In this document: one piece after another, positions 9,074-19,219 of the stretch
Position numbering within the stretch: position 1 is the first letter of the stretch
How the letters are laid out: each line of letters begins with the position of its first letter
Source of the DNA: a virus
Reading direction: 5' to 3' (one strand)
Length of the DNA: 64,000 nt
Virus record (IMG/VR): IMGVR_UViG_3300046328_001165
Span: 1 to 64,000 of that record
The notes under the pieces: generated by a model
What the model saw: only the letters and a program-made list of their open reading frames with translations
Told to the model about the DNA's origin: nothing
The model's database searches: none
Made by a program: the position numbers and the translations under genes

Positions 9074-9250
9074 GAAACATTTTCGTTTTTAGTGTACTCT
9101 TGTACTAGATACGTGTTCCATATATGGATACCATAAAAGTATACCATGTATAACGAAAGAAATCACAGTATTCGCTAATCAGCCAACAAAAAGCTTAGTT
9201 TGGCAAAGCTACTCAATCCTTGGAGTACTCCCTCATGAGGATTTGTCTCA

Positions 9251-9979
9251 ATGCCATCACCTTATAGCCCCGATCCTGCGGCTCAAGCGCTTTCGTCGCT
9301 TACCTATAGTCAAACCGAAAACGTATCTACTCCGACAACTCTGGCTTTAGTTGCTCAAGCTAGCGCAAACTTCGTTGGCTCCAACAAGCGCAATACCATT
9401 GACCATTACCTGTCATTTAATCCTCTCGCGATCGCGCAGGTTTCTACCTTTACTTTTACCTGCTCAGCACCCACTGCGGCTGATGTCCTCAAGACGGTCG
9501 TAACCGACGGATCTGCGAGTCCCAAAACCCGCGAATTGGATTACATCCTCCAAGCTGGCGACACCCCCGCCGACATTGTTGAGATTCTGTTGGCTATGCT
9601 CAACATGAACCCCTACTTGTCCGCCAGTACTGAGTCACTCGCTAGTCCTTATCTGATTACCGTTAACTCAGTAATCCCTGGTCAAGCACACACAGTTGAA
9701 GTTACCGAAACGGGCACTTCGATGACGATTTCCCCAACCACCATCGCAACCCCTGCAAGTGGAGTGCCAAACTACGGAAAGATCTTCACAACGAATATCA
9801 CCGCCTCCGTATCTCCTGTTTCCACTTCAAGCCCTGATGCTTATTTTCAGGTGAACGTGGATATGCAACCCTTCGACGGCGCTCAGCCAGTCCCTGCGAG
9901 CACAAGTGGTATCATCGCTCTAGCCCCACTGAAGCACTCGCGAACCATCAAGGCATTACGTGCTGCCCGTGGAGTCTAG
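9251..9979 (+). CDS. Putative virion structural protein (S/T/P-rich beta domain)
   Basis: GAGGA RBS; the AQVSTFTF...GDTPADIVEILLAMLN domain resembles the insert in 32852..33724. Confidence 0.6.
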   Translation: MPSPYSPDPAAQALSSLTYSQTENVSTPTTLALVAQASANFVGSNKRNTIDHYLSFNPLAIAQVSTFTFTCSAPTAADVLKTVVTDGSASPKTRELDYILQAGDTPADIVEILLAMLNMNPYLSASTESLASPYLITVNSVIPGQAHTVEVTETGTSMTISPTTIATPASGVPNYGKIFTTNITASVSPVSTSSPDAYFQVNVDMQPFDGAQPVPASTSGIIALAPLKHSRTIKALRAARGV

Positions 9980-10718
9980 ATCGCTTGACGATATGGTTTT
10001 CTACCGCGCTTGGCTCTCTTTGGAGCCAAGTCGGTTAGTCTCGGCATATCCATCTTTGGGTGCGATCGCCATTTCTGAGCAGGAGGTCTTTCGGGATACC
10101 TGCTCAGACAAAATGTTTTTTGGCAAAATGAGATCGCGGGAATCGATCGCGGTGAAGATGCTAGTAGTCGCTTTATCGTTTGAAGTGTCCAACAGTGCGG
10201 AGATTGTTGCGATCGCTTCTGGCACGGACTACAAAGTTTACAAAAATTACAAGCAACGATATTTATTTCAGGCGAACGTTAGCCAAGACGGGACGGGCAG
10301 GCTAGAACCCACTCAAAGGCTAAGCACTAATTACAGAGTTGATACAACCGATCAGCCTAGAGTGCTTTGTGACAGTATTTCCCTGCGGATTGTCGATGAG
10401 TACGCCGAGGGTAATGAAGTGGCGATCGCGCCCGATGGCACATTTCAGGTCAACAGGAGCTTTTATGGGAAGAGAATTGTCGCTCAAATGGCAGTTGTTT
10501 TGGTGGACGATGTTGTTGTTAGCTCTAATTTGCCCTTACCCGCAATTGAGTTAAACCTTGTGGGCATAAAAGAAGAATTGCCGTATCATGTGGTTATCAG
10601 TAATGTTCTGCCCGTCATTGAGGCGTTTGATGCCGACGCGCAGAGCATTACTCTGAGGCTCGCTTTCGATAACCACAACGTAGCTGTAAGTGCCCTTAAT
10701 CTACCCACAAAAAATTAG
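9960..10718 (+). CDS. Putative tail structural protein (possibly tube-like fold); start uncertain
   Basis: Beta-rich composition, lies in the structural operon. Confidence 0.45.
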   Translation: MLPVESRSLDDMVFYRAWLSLEPSRLVSAYPSLGAIAISEQEVFRDTCSDKMFFGKMRSRESIAVKMLVVALSFEVSNSAEIVAIASGTDYKVYKNYKQRYLFQANVSQDGTGRLEPTQRLSTNYRVDTTDQPRVLCDSISLRIVDEYAEGNEVAIAPDGTFQVNRSFYGKRIVAQMAVVLVDDVVVSSNLPLPAIELNLVGIKEELPYHVVISNVLPVIEAFDADAQSITLRLAFDNHNVAVSALNLPTKN

Positions 10719-11424
10719 CTATGAGGACGATTCGTGGGAGTTTATCCGCGAACCGTCTTTCTATACGCGGTTTGAACTAACCCCCGTTATCGATGACATG
10801 CTGGACCTTATCAAAGGTGTGCCAGTGTACCCCCCAAACGCAATCCTCAAGGACGATATTACGGTTCATCAGTTCTTGGTTTATCGATCGCGCAAGCATT
10901 TGGAGGCGATCGCACTAATATTTCGCCGCACTCAGCCCGACAGTCTTTTACTTTTTGACAACCTCACAACGCAGTCTCGGCACGACTTCTTTTTTTGCAC
11001 CGAACCTGTAAAACCAGTTGGCTACGATCAGGAGATGCCTGGTTTATCGCAGTTGCAGTTATTGATGGGGCTAACCTACCCCGCAAAGCAAAGTCGCCAG
11101 CCCAAACAGTCCAAAGAAAAAGCTTCTGCGCCATTATCGACAGGAAATTTAGATGCTCGTATCATTGCCGCAGTTCACCTAAATTTCAAAGGGTCGGGCG
11201 ATACCGTACTCAAAAGCTTCGGCATGGGCATGGTCATGGACATTCTTGAGGAAGCCGCAAATCTTCAGCGAGACCCCAAAGATGTCGATAAAGATCAAAA
11301 ATTCCCGACTACTTCGCGAACCGTTTTGGTTGGCAAGATCGATCGGGAATTTTGGGAAGAGATTAAGGATGATGTTTTGACTGCTTTACGCGATCGTGGA
11401 GTTGACTTTCCAGATGGCTTCTAA
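10690..11424 (+). CDS. Hypothetical protein, possibly tail assembly chaperone
   Basis: ORF overlapping the upstream gene; function from position only. Confidence 0.5.
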   Translation: MPLIYPQKISYEDDSWEFIREPSFYTRFELTPVIDDMLDLIKGVPVYPPNAILKDDITVHQFLVYRSRKHLEAIALIFRRTQPDSLLLFDNLTTQSRHDFFFCTEPVKPVGYDQEMPGLSQLQLLMGLTYPAKQSRQPKQSKEKASAPLSTGNLDARIIAAVHLNFKGSGDTVLKSFGMGMVMDILEEAANLQRDPKDVDKDQKFPTTSRTVLVGKIDREFWEEIKDDVLTALRDRGVDFPDGF

Positions 11425-11708
11425 GCATCCATTAAAAATCGAAATGTGCGCTCCTTTAAAAGCGCTGAAGCTTCCTCATGGTCAATCTCGTAGAGATCTT
11501 CGTATACACCATAAGAGTATTCTTCTAAATAGATTTTACCTTTGCATCGGAATAGGCGAACACTGCCATCCGAGAAGTTTATATTAAACGAAGGATAGTC
11601 ATGGATCTGGTCTGGATGGATATCGTGTTCGCGGCGGTAATCAAGCAGGCGAACTTCGTCGGGGTCGTGAGTAGTCGCATCGTCTCTAGTGAATAGTCTT
11701 GTTTTCAT
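11421..11708 (-). CDS. Hypothetical protein on the opposite strand (moron-like)
   Basis: MKTRLFTRDD...; fills the gap between plus-strand genes. Confidence 0.55.
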   Translation of the reverse strand: MKTRLFTRDDATTHDPDEVRLLDYRREHDIHPDQIHDYPSFNINFSDGSVRLFRCKGKIYLEEYSYGVYEDLYEIDHEEASALLKERTFRFLMDA

Positions 11709-11869
11709 TTTGTTCTGATTATTTTTTAAAGCGATCGCCAGTATCTCGCCGCGTATCCTTACACTTGTCACCAGCGGTGTTCTTCCTGCCGATTGAGACT
11801 TGGCGATCGCTTAATTAATATAACTCGAATCTGTGGTAGTATCAAGTCAAATATTTCGCGATCGCTGCA

Positions 11870-12352
11870 ATGCTTACACCAACATCGATAACCCAATCGA
11901 TAAACCTCTTTATTGCCCACATCGTAAGTGAGCTGCATTTGGATACCGATGGCGATTATTACAACGTGATTGCCGACGAGATAGTTGGTGTTGCATCGAT
12001 CGGCAGTTTTGGGCGCGATCGGGATCGCCCTGACAGCCCTAACCGAAAGTATTTCACTCAAAAGATTGAAGTACTCGCGATTAAAGGGTATGTCACTGAA
12101 CAGGAATACAAGAATAAGGTTCCTGTTGAGCTAATAATGCTTCCGAGCACGATCGCGAAATACAATGCGGTAAAAATTCCCGACCCTAATTTTTATGGGG
12201 TCAGGTGGGATGGAGAGGATATAACCCCAGTACCTCGCCAGCTACTAAGAAACCAGTATGACGAATCACCTGAATGGATAATAGACATTCCTTTTGGGGT
12301 GGTTCTCCATTACCAAACAAACGTGAACAAAAACGGAGAATACATTGACTAA
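11870..12352 (+). CDS. Putative tail completion/terminator-like protein
   Basis: Size and alpha/beta pattern fit; structural context. Confidence 0.45.
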   Translation: MLTPTSITQSINLFIAHIVSELHLDTDGDYYNVIADEIVGVASIGSFGRDRDRPDSPNRKYFTQKIEVLAIKGYVTEQEYKNKVPVELIMLPSTIAKYNAVKIPDPNFYGVRWDGEDITPVPRQLLRNQYDESPEWIIDIPFGVVLHYQTNVNKNGEYID

Positions 12353-13091
12353 TACCATCACAGTGCGCGGCGTTGAGTACCCTTTTATCTCTGGAGAAGC
12401 CGCTCTCGACCCTGCCACCAAAATTATTTGGTCTCTACTAAAAATTTCGTCACCCAAAGCCTATGAAAGCGCTTTACTGACAAGAGATCCTGTTTCTGCA
12501 TTTCAAGCGCTGAACCTTGGAACGGATAACAGTGAACTGAGTTCACTTCTTCTTTACTCGCTAAATCTTGATACTGAGATTGAATCAGATCCAGTGAAGA
12601 ACCCTCGCGTTGCGCTGGAGAAGAATCTGAGAAAGTTAATCCCCTCTTTGCCCGAAGGTCTTGGGGCAACCGAGCTGATCGAATTCATTAATGCGGTGCT
12701 CCCCGATAAAGAGGAACCAACAGAAGTAACGCCAGAGATGATCGCTGTAGCCGAATACGTTGAACAGCTAGACGAAAAGCTTGCCCAAGTTATTGATCTG
12801 GCTCGAAATGTTGTTGAGTCTGAGGAGCCGACGTTGGAGGAGATCGTTGGTCGCGAAGTTTCCCCAGAAGAACTTACTGCGTTAGAGATTGAGGGTAAGC
12901 CTCTTGAAGATGCGATCGCTGCGCCACTGATACCAATCTCTGACACCGAGTTGGCTAAGCTTGGCGTAGATCTTGTCACCATCGACGAGGAGGCTATTCA
13001 ATTAGCTCTAGCGGAGCAGAGAGCTAACCGCCTTACCGTAGTCAGCTCTCCCGCGCCAACAGATATCGACGAGCTAGAAGATACGCTGTAG
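12345..13091 (+). CDS. Putative tail assembly chaperone-like acidic protein
   Basis: TITVRGVEYPF N-terminal hairpin typical of tail chaperones; acidic C-terminus. Confidence 0.45.
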   Translation: MTNTITVRGVEYPFISGEAALDPATKIIWSLLKISSPKAYESALLTRDPVSAFQALNLGTDNSELSSLLLYSLNLDTEIESDPVKNPRVALEKNLRKLIPSLPEGLGATELIEFINAVLPDKEEPTEVTPEMIAVAEYVEQLDEKLAQVIDLARNVVESEEPTLEEIVGREVSPEELTALEIEGKPLEDAIAAPLIPISDTELAKLGVDLVTIDEEAIQLALAEQRANRLTVVSSPAPTDIDELEDTL

Positions 13092-13105
13092 ATTCCGATC
13101 TGAAT
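13092..13105 (+). repeat. Dispersed 14-bp motif, copy 2
   Basis: Exact match immediately after the stop at 13091. Confidence 0.85.
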
Positions 13106-13109
13106 TACT

Positions 13110-13141
13110 CAAAACGGGGCTGCGCTTGCAGCCCCGTTTTG
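13110..13141. terminator. Bidirectional intrinsic terminator
   Basis: CAAAACGGGGCTGC-gctt-GCAGCCCCGTTTTG, a perfect stem. Confidence 0.85.
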
Positions 13142-13185
13142 CTTTTTTAGCAAGTGCACATATTTAGGTAGCGATCGCGTGTCAG

Positions 13186-14853
13186 ATGGGTGTACGCGAT
13201 CGCTACCTAAATATGTCTGAAACAGATTACACCCAAGCTTATATACGCAACGATGGAGCCATTATTGATGCGCTCTACAAAGCTGAGTACGAGGACGACA
13301 TTCAAGCCCAAAATGAGTTGGGTATTGACAGTGCAGGCGATCGGCGAAGACTGAGCAACAGGGCGCTAGAGGAGCTGTCTAGGGATTGGCTTGGCAAAAA
13401 GATTTGTTCGATATTCCCTGACGAAGCGACGAGGAAGTGGACAGAAGTAGCGATACCAAAGGACAAGGATCGCAAAATCGCAACAGCTTTTGAAGAATAC
13501 GAAGAAAGACTAGGAGCGAAATACAAGTTCAACAAAGCTGATTGGCTAGCAAACCTCTATGGCGGCTCAGCCATTTTGATTAACCTTGACGATGGACTGC
13601 CCCCCGAAAAACCAGTTGACACGACCAAGATTAAGACCATTAAGGGTATTTACGATCTTGACAGAGAAGACATCCGCCCGTATTTCCCAAACCTTGACGC
13701 TCCATCGGATGATCCTGAATTCTACCAAATCTTTTATTCTCAAGAGTCAAAATCAAAGCTGGAAAAATTGGGGGGAGATTACAAAGCCTTCAATCTTGTT
13801 CACAAATCAAGGGTTGTCCGCTTCGATGGTTCTCGTTTACCTCCAAGACTGCTGGCATCAACAGGCGGGTGGGGCGATCCACTGATTGTTTCGGCATTAA
13901 GGGAGATTGCTCGCTATACAAAAATATCCGACGCAATGGCGGAGATGATTCAGGATCACACGATTCTGCTTCATAAAATGAAGAATCTACAAAACCTGAT
14001 CAAGCAAAATATTGCCCAAGAAAAGGCGGCGGCTGGGGGGTCTACACCATCTGTTAACGGAGTCCCCAAGGTTTTGACTGTGCTCTCGGAACAGTTCCGA
14101 GCGATGAAGGTGCAGATAAGAAAAATGGGCGCGGTCTCCGTGGACTCGGAAGATGATCTTACCTACTTAGTCCGAAACTACCAAGGCTTATCGGATATAA
14201 AAGCGGGTTTTCAGGAGGATCTTGTTGCGGCTCTCGACATACCTTACACTATGATTTTTGGGCGTGGACCAAAGGGGCTAGCAGCAGGTGGTACGGGTGA
14301 GACGGAAGATCAGGTTTGGTCAAAGACCGTAGCTGTGTATCAGGAGAAGAACTACCGCTATCGCAAATTGGATATGCTTTACAAGTATATTTGGCTTGCT
14401 CAAGACGGTCCTACTAAAGGCAAAATCCCTGAAGGCTGGTCTTACACTTTTAAGCCTCTTTACGTTGACAGCCGCAAAGACGCGGTGGCAAATGAAACCG
14501 CTCACACAAATATGCTTATTGCTTTACAAACCCAGTCTGGGGCGATCACCAAAGACGAGGTTAGAGCCAGTCTTTATGGTGGTGGCGATTATTCGTACAT
14601 GGTGTCTCTTGATAACGAGGCTTGGGAAAAACAAAAGGAGGAAGAGGAATTAGCTAAACAGCGCCAAGAGGAGCTGGAGGCTCTGCAAGCCTACGGTGGT
14701 GACGAGACTGGAGGCTATTTTGGTGGGTCAGACCCTGCTCAGGGTGGTGCTACTAAGCAGGATTCCCTTTCGGCTATAGATATTGCATCTAACCTGTTTA
14801 AGGATCTTGATTCCCCGTTTGCTAAGATGTGGATTAGCGATCCCCTGAAGTAG
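13186..14853 (+). CDS. Portal protein, DUF1073/HI1409 type
   Basis: KKICSIFPDEATRKW, ANLYGGSAILI, VHKSRVVRF, GWGDPL and IPYTMIFGRGPKGL motifs. Confidence 0.88.
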   Translation: MGVRDRYLNMSETDYTQAYIRNDGAIIDALYKAEYEDDIQAQNELGIDSAGDRRRLSNRALEELSRDWLGKKICSIFPDEATRKWTEVAIPKDKDRKIATAFEEYEERLGAKYKFNKADWLANLYGGSAILINLDDGLPPEKPVDTTKIKTIKGIYDLDREDIRPYFPNLDAPSDDPEFYQIFYSQESKSKLEKLGGDYKAFNLVHKSRVVRFDGSRLPPRLLASTGGWGDPLIVSALREIARYTKISDAMAEMIQDHTILLHKMKNLQNLIKQNIAQEKAAAGGSTPSVNGVPKVLTVLSEQFRAMKVQIRKMGAVSVDSEDDLTYLVRNYQGLSDIKAGFQEDLVAALDIPYTMIFGRGPKGLAAGGTGETEDQVWSKTVAVYQEKNYRYRKLDMLYKYIWLAQDGPTKGKIPEGWSYTFKPLYVDSRKDAVANETAHTNMLIALQTQSGAITKDEVRASLYGGGDYSYMVSLDNEAWEKQKEEEELAKQRQEELEALQAYGGDETGGYFGGSDPAQGGATKQDSLSAIDIASNLFKDLDSPFAKMWISDPLK

Positions 14854-14865
14854 GCGGAGGAACAG

Positions 14866-15285
14866 ATGAAATTGCAAGTACTTGAGAAGCTAGGGTATAG
14901 AATCGACGCGATTGCTCCTCACCAGATCGATATTATGTTTGACGACGCAATGCAGGTACTCCGCGATCGCATTGCCGAAGAGAATCCTGAAGACCTGCAA
15001 AGGTTTGACGATCAGGTTGCCGACATAGAAGAGGAGGACTTACGCGATCGGATCTCCGAGATGGCGCAGGAAAACCTAGCCCCACAAATTAGGAAATTTA
15101 GCCAAGTTATTGGGCAAAAACTAAAGCAGTGGCAAGAGGAGGGGCTATCGATGGCAGAGGCTCGTGAACGTATCGACTCAATCTACAATCTTGATGAGTA
15201 CAATGACAAGGGCTTTGCGGGTGGATTGGCGGAATGGTTAGCGATCGCGGCACTTACTGGTCAAGATCTTGGCGATCAGGGCTAA
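14866..15285 (+). CDS. Small head-associated protein resembling a detached Mu gp29/DUF935 portal C-terminus
   Basis: SMAEARERIDSIY...FAGGLAEWLAIAALTG; GGAGG RBS. Confidence 0.55.
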   Translation: MKLQVLEKLGYRIDAIAPHQIDIMFDDAMQVLRDRIAEENPEDLQRFDDQVADIEEEDLRDRISEMAQENLAPQIRKFSQVIGQKLKQWQEEGLSMAEARERIDSIYNLDEYNDKGFAGGLAEWLAIAALTGQDLGDQG

Positions 15286-15865
15286 TTTCACTCGCCGACA
15301 CTCCTGATTCTACCGACCAGATCTGCTCACTAACTTTCAATCCTTTTGGGAATATCATTTCAGGGTTCTCGGTAAAGCTATCCTCCTTAATCAAGACGCA
15401 ATTCGTCGGCTGAATAGTTAGGCGATCATTATCTAGCTGAATAAATTTAAACTCCTTTGCCTGCTGAGGATAGGCTGTGAATCCGTCATCCAATGGACAA
15501 ACGGTGAACAGGTAATTCCCCTCAAGGGCGAGATCGGAATTGATGGCGGCTTTACATTTCAAACCAGCGAGGTAAGTGTATTCAATTGCTGACCAATTTT
15601 GACTGTAGCAGTCCCACCTCTGGGCATCTTTGGCTTCCCAAACCTCTTGCTGGGGATTCTTGCTGAAAGCGATCGCCTGCGGAGGGAGGTTTCGGAAGAT
15701 TGCGCCACATTCGAGCAAAACATGAATTCCCCATACCCTGCCAGCGACACTATTAAGCCCGAACCAGACGGCAGGGATAAAACCAATCGGCTCTTTGTGT
15801 ATGAATTTTGAGTCAACCCAGACATATAGGTGTCTGGGGATATTGCCAATTGCGATCGACTTCAT
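15254..15865 (-). CDS. Conserved hypothetical phage protein
   Basis: GNIPRHLYVWVD...PAVWFGL...LLECGAIFRNLP...WDCYS...QPTN; start moved to MKSIAI. Confidence 0.7.
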   Translation of the reverse strand: MKSIAIGNIPRHLYVWVDSKFIHKEPIGFIPAVWFGLNSVAGRVWGIHVLLECGAIFRNLPPQAIAFSKNPQQEVWEAKDAQRWDCYSQNWSAIEYTYLAGLKCKAAINSDLALEGNYLFTVCPLDDGFTAYPQQAKEFKFIQLDNDRLTIQPTNCVLIKEDSFTENPEMIFPKGLKVSEQIWSVESGVSASEISPDRQDLDQ

Positions 15866-15881
15866 AATATTTAGCTGGTTT

Positions 15882-16664
15882 TTAGCTTGAGATTTTTTTG
15901 TGGCTCGACATTTTGGTGTTGAGTACTTCAATTGGCATAGGTCTACCCCAAAGCCAGCCTTGCCCGTATTGAGCGCCGAGCTGAAGGAATGCGTCTCGCT
16001 GCCAGCCATTCTCTATACCCTCAACGATTACTCCGATTTCACCCGTCGGGCAATTTTTCATGCTAGAAATTATCGATTGCGCGAACCACCGATAATTAGT
16101 ATCGAGAATGCTGTTGGCAAAACTAATATCCAGCTTAACCATCACGTAATCGTTGCTGGGAAACATTTTGAGTACTTGGGCAACTTGTAGGAAACTGGAT
16201 TCCGCGATCCCAAAGTCGTCAACAAATGCGCCAACACCCGTCTCTCTTGTTCTTATAAAATAAGGCTTAATCACCTCATAATCACAGAGCGATCGCTCTG
16301 TGATTTCCAAGAAGAAAGTAGGACGATCTCCGACTAGGACAGAAGCCTCCAGAGCTTTCCAGAAACGGTTTTGGGCTAAAGATGAAGGGGAGATATTAAC
16401 GGAGACAAAATCGCCCTCCAAGAATTCGCGGTCAACAGATGATTGCCTTACAACGAACTCGCAGATCTCAACCATGATTGACGGGTCGGCTTCGCACTGG
16501 GGTATGAAGTCACAGGGAGATCTCAGTACATCTTCGGGGTGATACCAGCGAATCAAAGCCTCGTGACCCGCAATCCTGTCGGTCGCTAACTCGATTATCG
16601 GATGATAATGAAGCTTAAATTCCCCCTTCTCAATCCCTCTTAGGACCTCACGTTTTAGATTCAC
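15882..16664 (-). CDS. Stand-alone EAL-domain c-di-GMP phosphodiesterase
   Basis: HEALIRW, VSVNISP, LEITE, DDFG, KLD, VEGIE and QG motifs are all present. Confidence 0.92.
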   Translation of the reverse strand: MNLKREVLRGIEKGEFKLHYHPIIELATDRIAGHEALIRWYHPEDVLRSPCDFIPQCEADPSIMVEICEFVVRQSSVDREFLEGDFVSVNISPSSLAQNRFWKALEASVLVGDRPTFFLEITERSLCDYEVIKPYFIRTRETGVGAFVDDFGIAESSFLQVAQVLKMFPSNDYVMVKLDISFANSILDTNYRWFAQSIISSMKNCPTGEIGVIVEGIENGWQRDAFLQLGAQYGQGWLWGRPMPIEVLNTKMSSHKKISS

Positions 16665-17380
16665 TTTATTAACCCCTCAACAGGCGATCGCTGCAACAGC
16701 AGGTAGTACATGGTGCTACAAACCTGCTTTATTCTCTGCCTCAAATCGATAGCAGAAAGATAGTCCACATGGGCTGTGTAATTAAAATGCAGGGCTAGAA
16801 TCCAAGCCGTGCTGTTTTGCTCGCCAATTTTGTAGTAGATAACGTATGCAACCCCGTAGTTGTTTAAAAATCCCTGATACTGATTTGCGTCAGAGATTTG
16901 CTCTGTCTCTCGATTTATAAACGAGTCGTCGTTGAATCTTTGCAGGATTTTTTTGACGCAATCTGCTTGATTATCCTTTGCTGAGAAGGTAATCTTCGCG
17001 ATTCCATTGTGAATAACTTCTTGCGCGACAGCAAGCATAGTACCCCTTTTGGAATCAACTTCCATCAACACAGCTCGATCTGCCCCCGTTTCACCTCGAA
17101 CTGTCTGCAATCCATTAGAGATTGCTTCTAGGTTCTCTTGAGGTCGTTTTAGCCTCGTAAGCCAAACGTACTGCCTTGGTTTAACATGGAGATCGTATAT
17201 TTTCCATGCTAGTAGTCCCGCAGAACTACAAAGCACGGTAAATATTGTCCCCCAAGATACTGAGGACGGAATATCCCAAGCTGGCGGAGGCTGCAACTGC
17301 TCAATCCTTGGCTGAGTTGTTTGTGCGATCGCCGAGTCAAAGGGGAAATCCTTGAACTCTATAACTTCTTCCCAGTTCAT
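16661..17380 (-). CDS. Single-TM protein with GAF-like domain (T4 holin T-like architecture, or a sensor)
   Basis: TM WGTIFTVLCSSAGLLAW followed by LQTVRGETGADRAVL...FLNNYGVAYVIYYKI...WILALHF, a GAF pattern. Confidence 0.65.
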   Translation of the reverse strand: MNWEEVIEFKDFPFDSAIAQTTQPRIEQLQPPPAWDIPSSVSWGTIFTVLCSSAGLLAWKIYDLHVKPRQYVWLTRLKRPQENLEAISNGLQTVRGETGADRAVLMEVDSKRGTMLAVAQEVIHNGIAKITFSAKDNQADCVKKILQRFNDDSFINRETEQISDANQYQGFLNNYGVAYVIYYKIGEQNSTAWILALHFNYTAHVDYLSAIDLRQRIKQVCSTMYYLLLQRSPVEGLIK

Positions 17381-17419
17381 AATTCCAAAGCAACCTTGCT
17401 TTCGTAGACACTCATCAGT

Positions 17420-17839
17420 TTAACCACCGAACAGCTTTGAAATGAGTTTGACCCCAGATTTGGCGAGGCTAGGCTTCCCAGTAAGGTCTACAAGGCTGGC
17501 TACTAGGCTAGGCGTTTGAAGAACCTGATCAAGTGTTGAGTGCGACGTTTTGGCGATCTCGGTGGCTTGGGCTAAGGTAATATTGGTAATCGCCTGCGCT
17601 TTGCCGCGTATAAATGGCAAGTCGGAGTACAGGTTCCCATGCTTATTGATTTCGTTCCTTGCATCGAGGAGCCCCTGAGCGATCGCGCCAAGGAATAAAA
17701 AGCCCGATGGAATTGTGAGTAAACCGACAGCCGCCATTGCGGGGTATGCGAGGGATAGAGTTGCGATCGTCTTGACTAAGATTGTCAAAAATTCCACGCT
17801 GAAGAAAAAGGGGTGGGGCTGACGTTCCAGTGTTTTCAT
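17420..17839 (-). CDS. Holin-like membrane protein
   Basis: Two hydrophobic segments in the N-terminal half and a basic amphipathic C-terminus. Confidence 0.5.
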   Translation of the reverse strand: MKTLERQPHPFFFSVEFLTILVKTIATLSLAYPAMAAVGLLTIPSGFLFLGAIAQGLLDARNEINKHGNLYSDLPFIRGKAQAITNITLAQATEIAKTSHSTLDQVLQTPSLVASLVDLTGKPSLAKSGVKLISKLFGG

Positions 17840-18300
17840 AGTAAGTGGAACTCCTCTGCATTGGCAGTAAAAGTAGTGATCTGTTCGGGCGTTAGGAAGT
17901 TTTTTAAGATGTCAAAACTGCCAGAGCCGTTGATATTGGAGAATGCCATCTTATTAAAAGGCTTATTCCAAAAACTGCCCTCTAAAATGGCACAAGCCGT
18001 AGTTAGCGCGGCATTTGCGCTAACAGGGTTGAGCGCTAGCATTATGACTGGAATGTAAACCTGATGATAAAGGGTGTTGGCGGGACTAGAATCAGCCAGT
18101 CCGTACAGCTTCTCTCTGAAATTCAGCGGCTGTGGCTTCGGCGTAAAACTGGCTTCTAGTTCCGCGATCTTGGCGTTTATTTCTGCTTCAGTAAAAGACG
18201 CTAATCCGTTTTGCCACTGGATATTTTGGTAAGTTGCTTCTCCCAAAATCGCCCAACCAGTAGCGCCTAAAGCTCCTAATGCTTGCTCCAGTGTAGTCAT
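17836..18300 (-). CDS. XkdW-like/tail fibre assembly protein
   Basis: WAILGEATYQNIQW...TEAEINAKIAELEA motif following fibre genes. Confidence 0.6.
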   Translation of the reverse strand: MTTLEQALGALGATGWAILGEATYQNIQWQNGLASFTEAEINAKIAELEASFTPKPQPLNFREKLYGLADSSPANTLYHQVYIPVIMLALNPVSANAALTTACAILEGSFWNKPFNKMAFSNINGSGSFDILKNFLTPEQITTFTANAEEFHLL

Positions 18301-18791
18301 GATGCAACCTCCATAACAGTAATAAAGCAGGCGGATCGAATCGTTGCATCCACTGAATCACGATTCATATATAAAAAATTGTCGGGTGGATCTATAAATA
18401 CGGCAGTGGCTTTATATGTGCGTATATCTGTATTTGCAGCGTTATCAATGTATCGATAACTGGCTTTGATGGATTCGATAAAATTAGCGTCATAATCAGG
18501 TCTTGTCCGAAGCCCAGTATCAAAACCAAGCAAGGAGCCTACATTACCGACAGGGCTAGAGTCTTTAAAAAGCCCAAAAAGAGGCGGGTTATTAAAGCCA
18601 GAAGCGTAATATCCACTAAAATCAACGTTAATCAGCAATTCACTTGCGGCACTTACTGGCGTGTAGGCAACCTCTAAGCCATTGATAGCGGTCTGCATAT
18701 TTTGGATAAAGGTTTGCGATGTGGCGGTAGCAAGCCTGAAAGACTCAAAACCTAAAAGCTTACCGCCATTAGGCAAAGCAATGTGTGTCAT
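18297..18791 (-). CDS. Tail fibre/receptor-binding jelly-roll domain protein
   Basis: GLEVAYTPVSAASELLINV...TYK...YMNR...ITVMEVA, a common phage fibre-tip pattern. Confidence 0.7.
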   Translation of the reverse strand: MTHIALPNGGKLLGFESFRLATATSQTFIQNMQTAINGLEVAYTPVSAASELLINVDFSGYYASGFNNPPLFGLFKDSSPVGNVGSLLGFDTGLRTRPDYDANFIESIKASYRYIDNAANTDIRTYKATAVFIDPPDNFLYMNRDSVDATIRSACFITVMEVAS

Positions 18792-19219
18792 TATCGCACC
18801 TCAATAATAACAAGTGTTGTTCCTGTAGCGTCATAGGAGACGCTGTTAAGAGTATCGTTATTAGGCGCTTGCCAAGAGTATGTCATGCCTGCGGCAATTA
18901 GCTCCCCCTGGACAGTTCCAGCAGCAATACCTGAATTTGCGATTGAGAGGCTTCTCGCGCCAGCGGCGACAGTCCCAGAAGAGGATTCCACAGTTACGTT
19001 CGCATCTCTGACCGTTGTGGGTAAGGAGGTTATGCCGACATTATTGATTACAATGTCACCACTAAGAGCGACCCCGATCGCCTGCTGAAAGACAGCACGT
19101 TTGTACGATAGCTCAAAGTAAAGCTCTGGATCTGTGCCTATTTCTATATTTGTCAGCTTTGCGTCAATGGCAGCTAATTGTGCCGTTAATGCGTCTGATA
19201 CTGTTGGAAATTTTGCCAT
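18791..19219 (-). CDS. Hypothetical virion/fibre-associated protein
   Basis: Beta-rich C-terminus; start moved to MAKFPT. Confidence 0.6.
   Translation of the reverse strand: MAKFPTVSDALTAQLAAIDAKLTNIEIGTDPELYFELSYKRAVFQQAIGVALSGDIVINNVGITSLPTTVRDANVTVESSSGTVAAGARSLSIANSGIAAGTVQGELIAAGMTYSWQAPNNDTLNSVSYDATGTTLVIIEVR

Noticed and set aside
11768-12061. Minus-strand 97-aa ORF
   Set aside because: Overlaps the more plausible plus-strand gene 11870..12352.
13186-14853. Anti-CBASS Acb1 label sometimes attached to DUF1073 proteins
   Set aside because: No 2H phosphoesterase (HxT...HxT) domain is visible; it is a plain portal.
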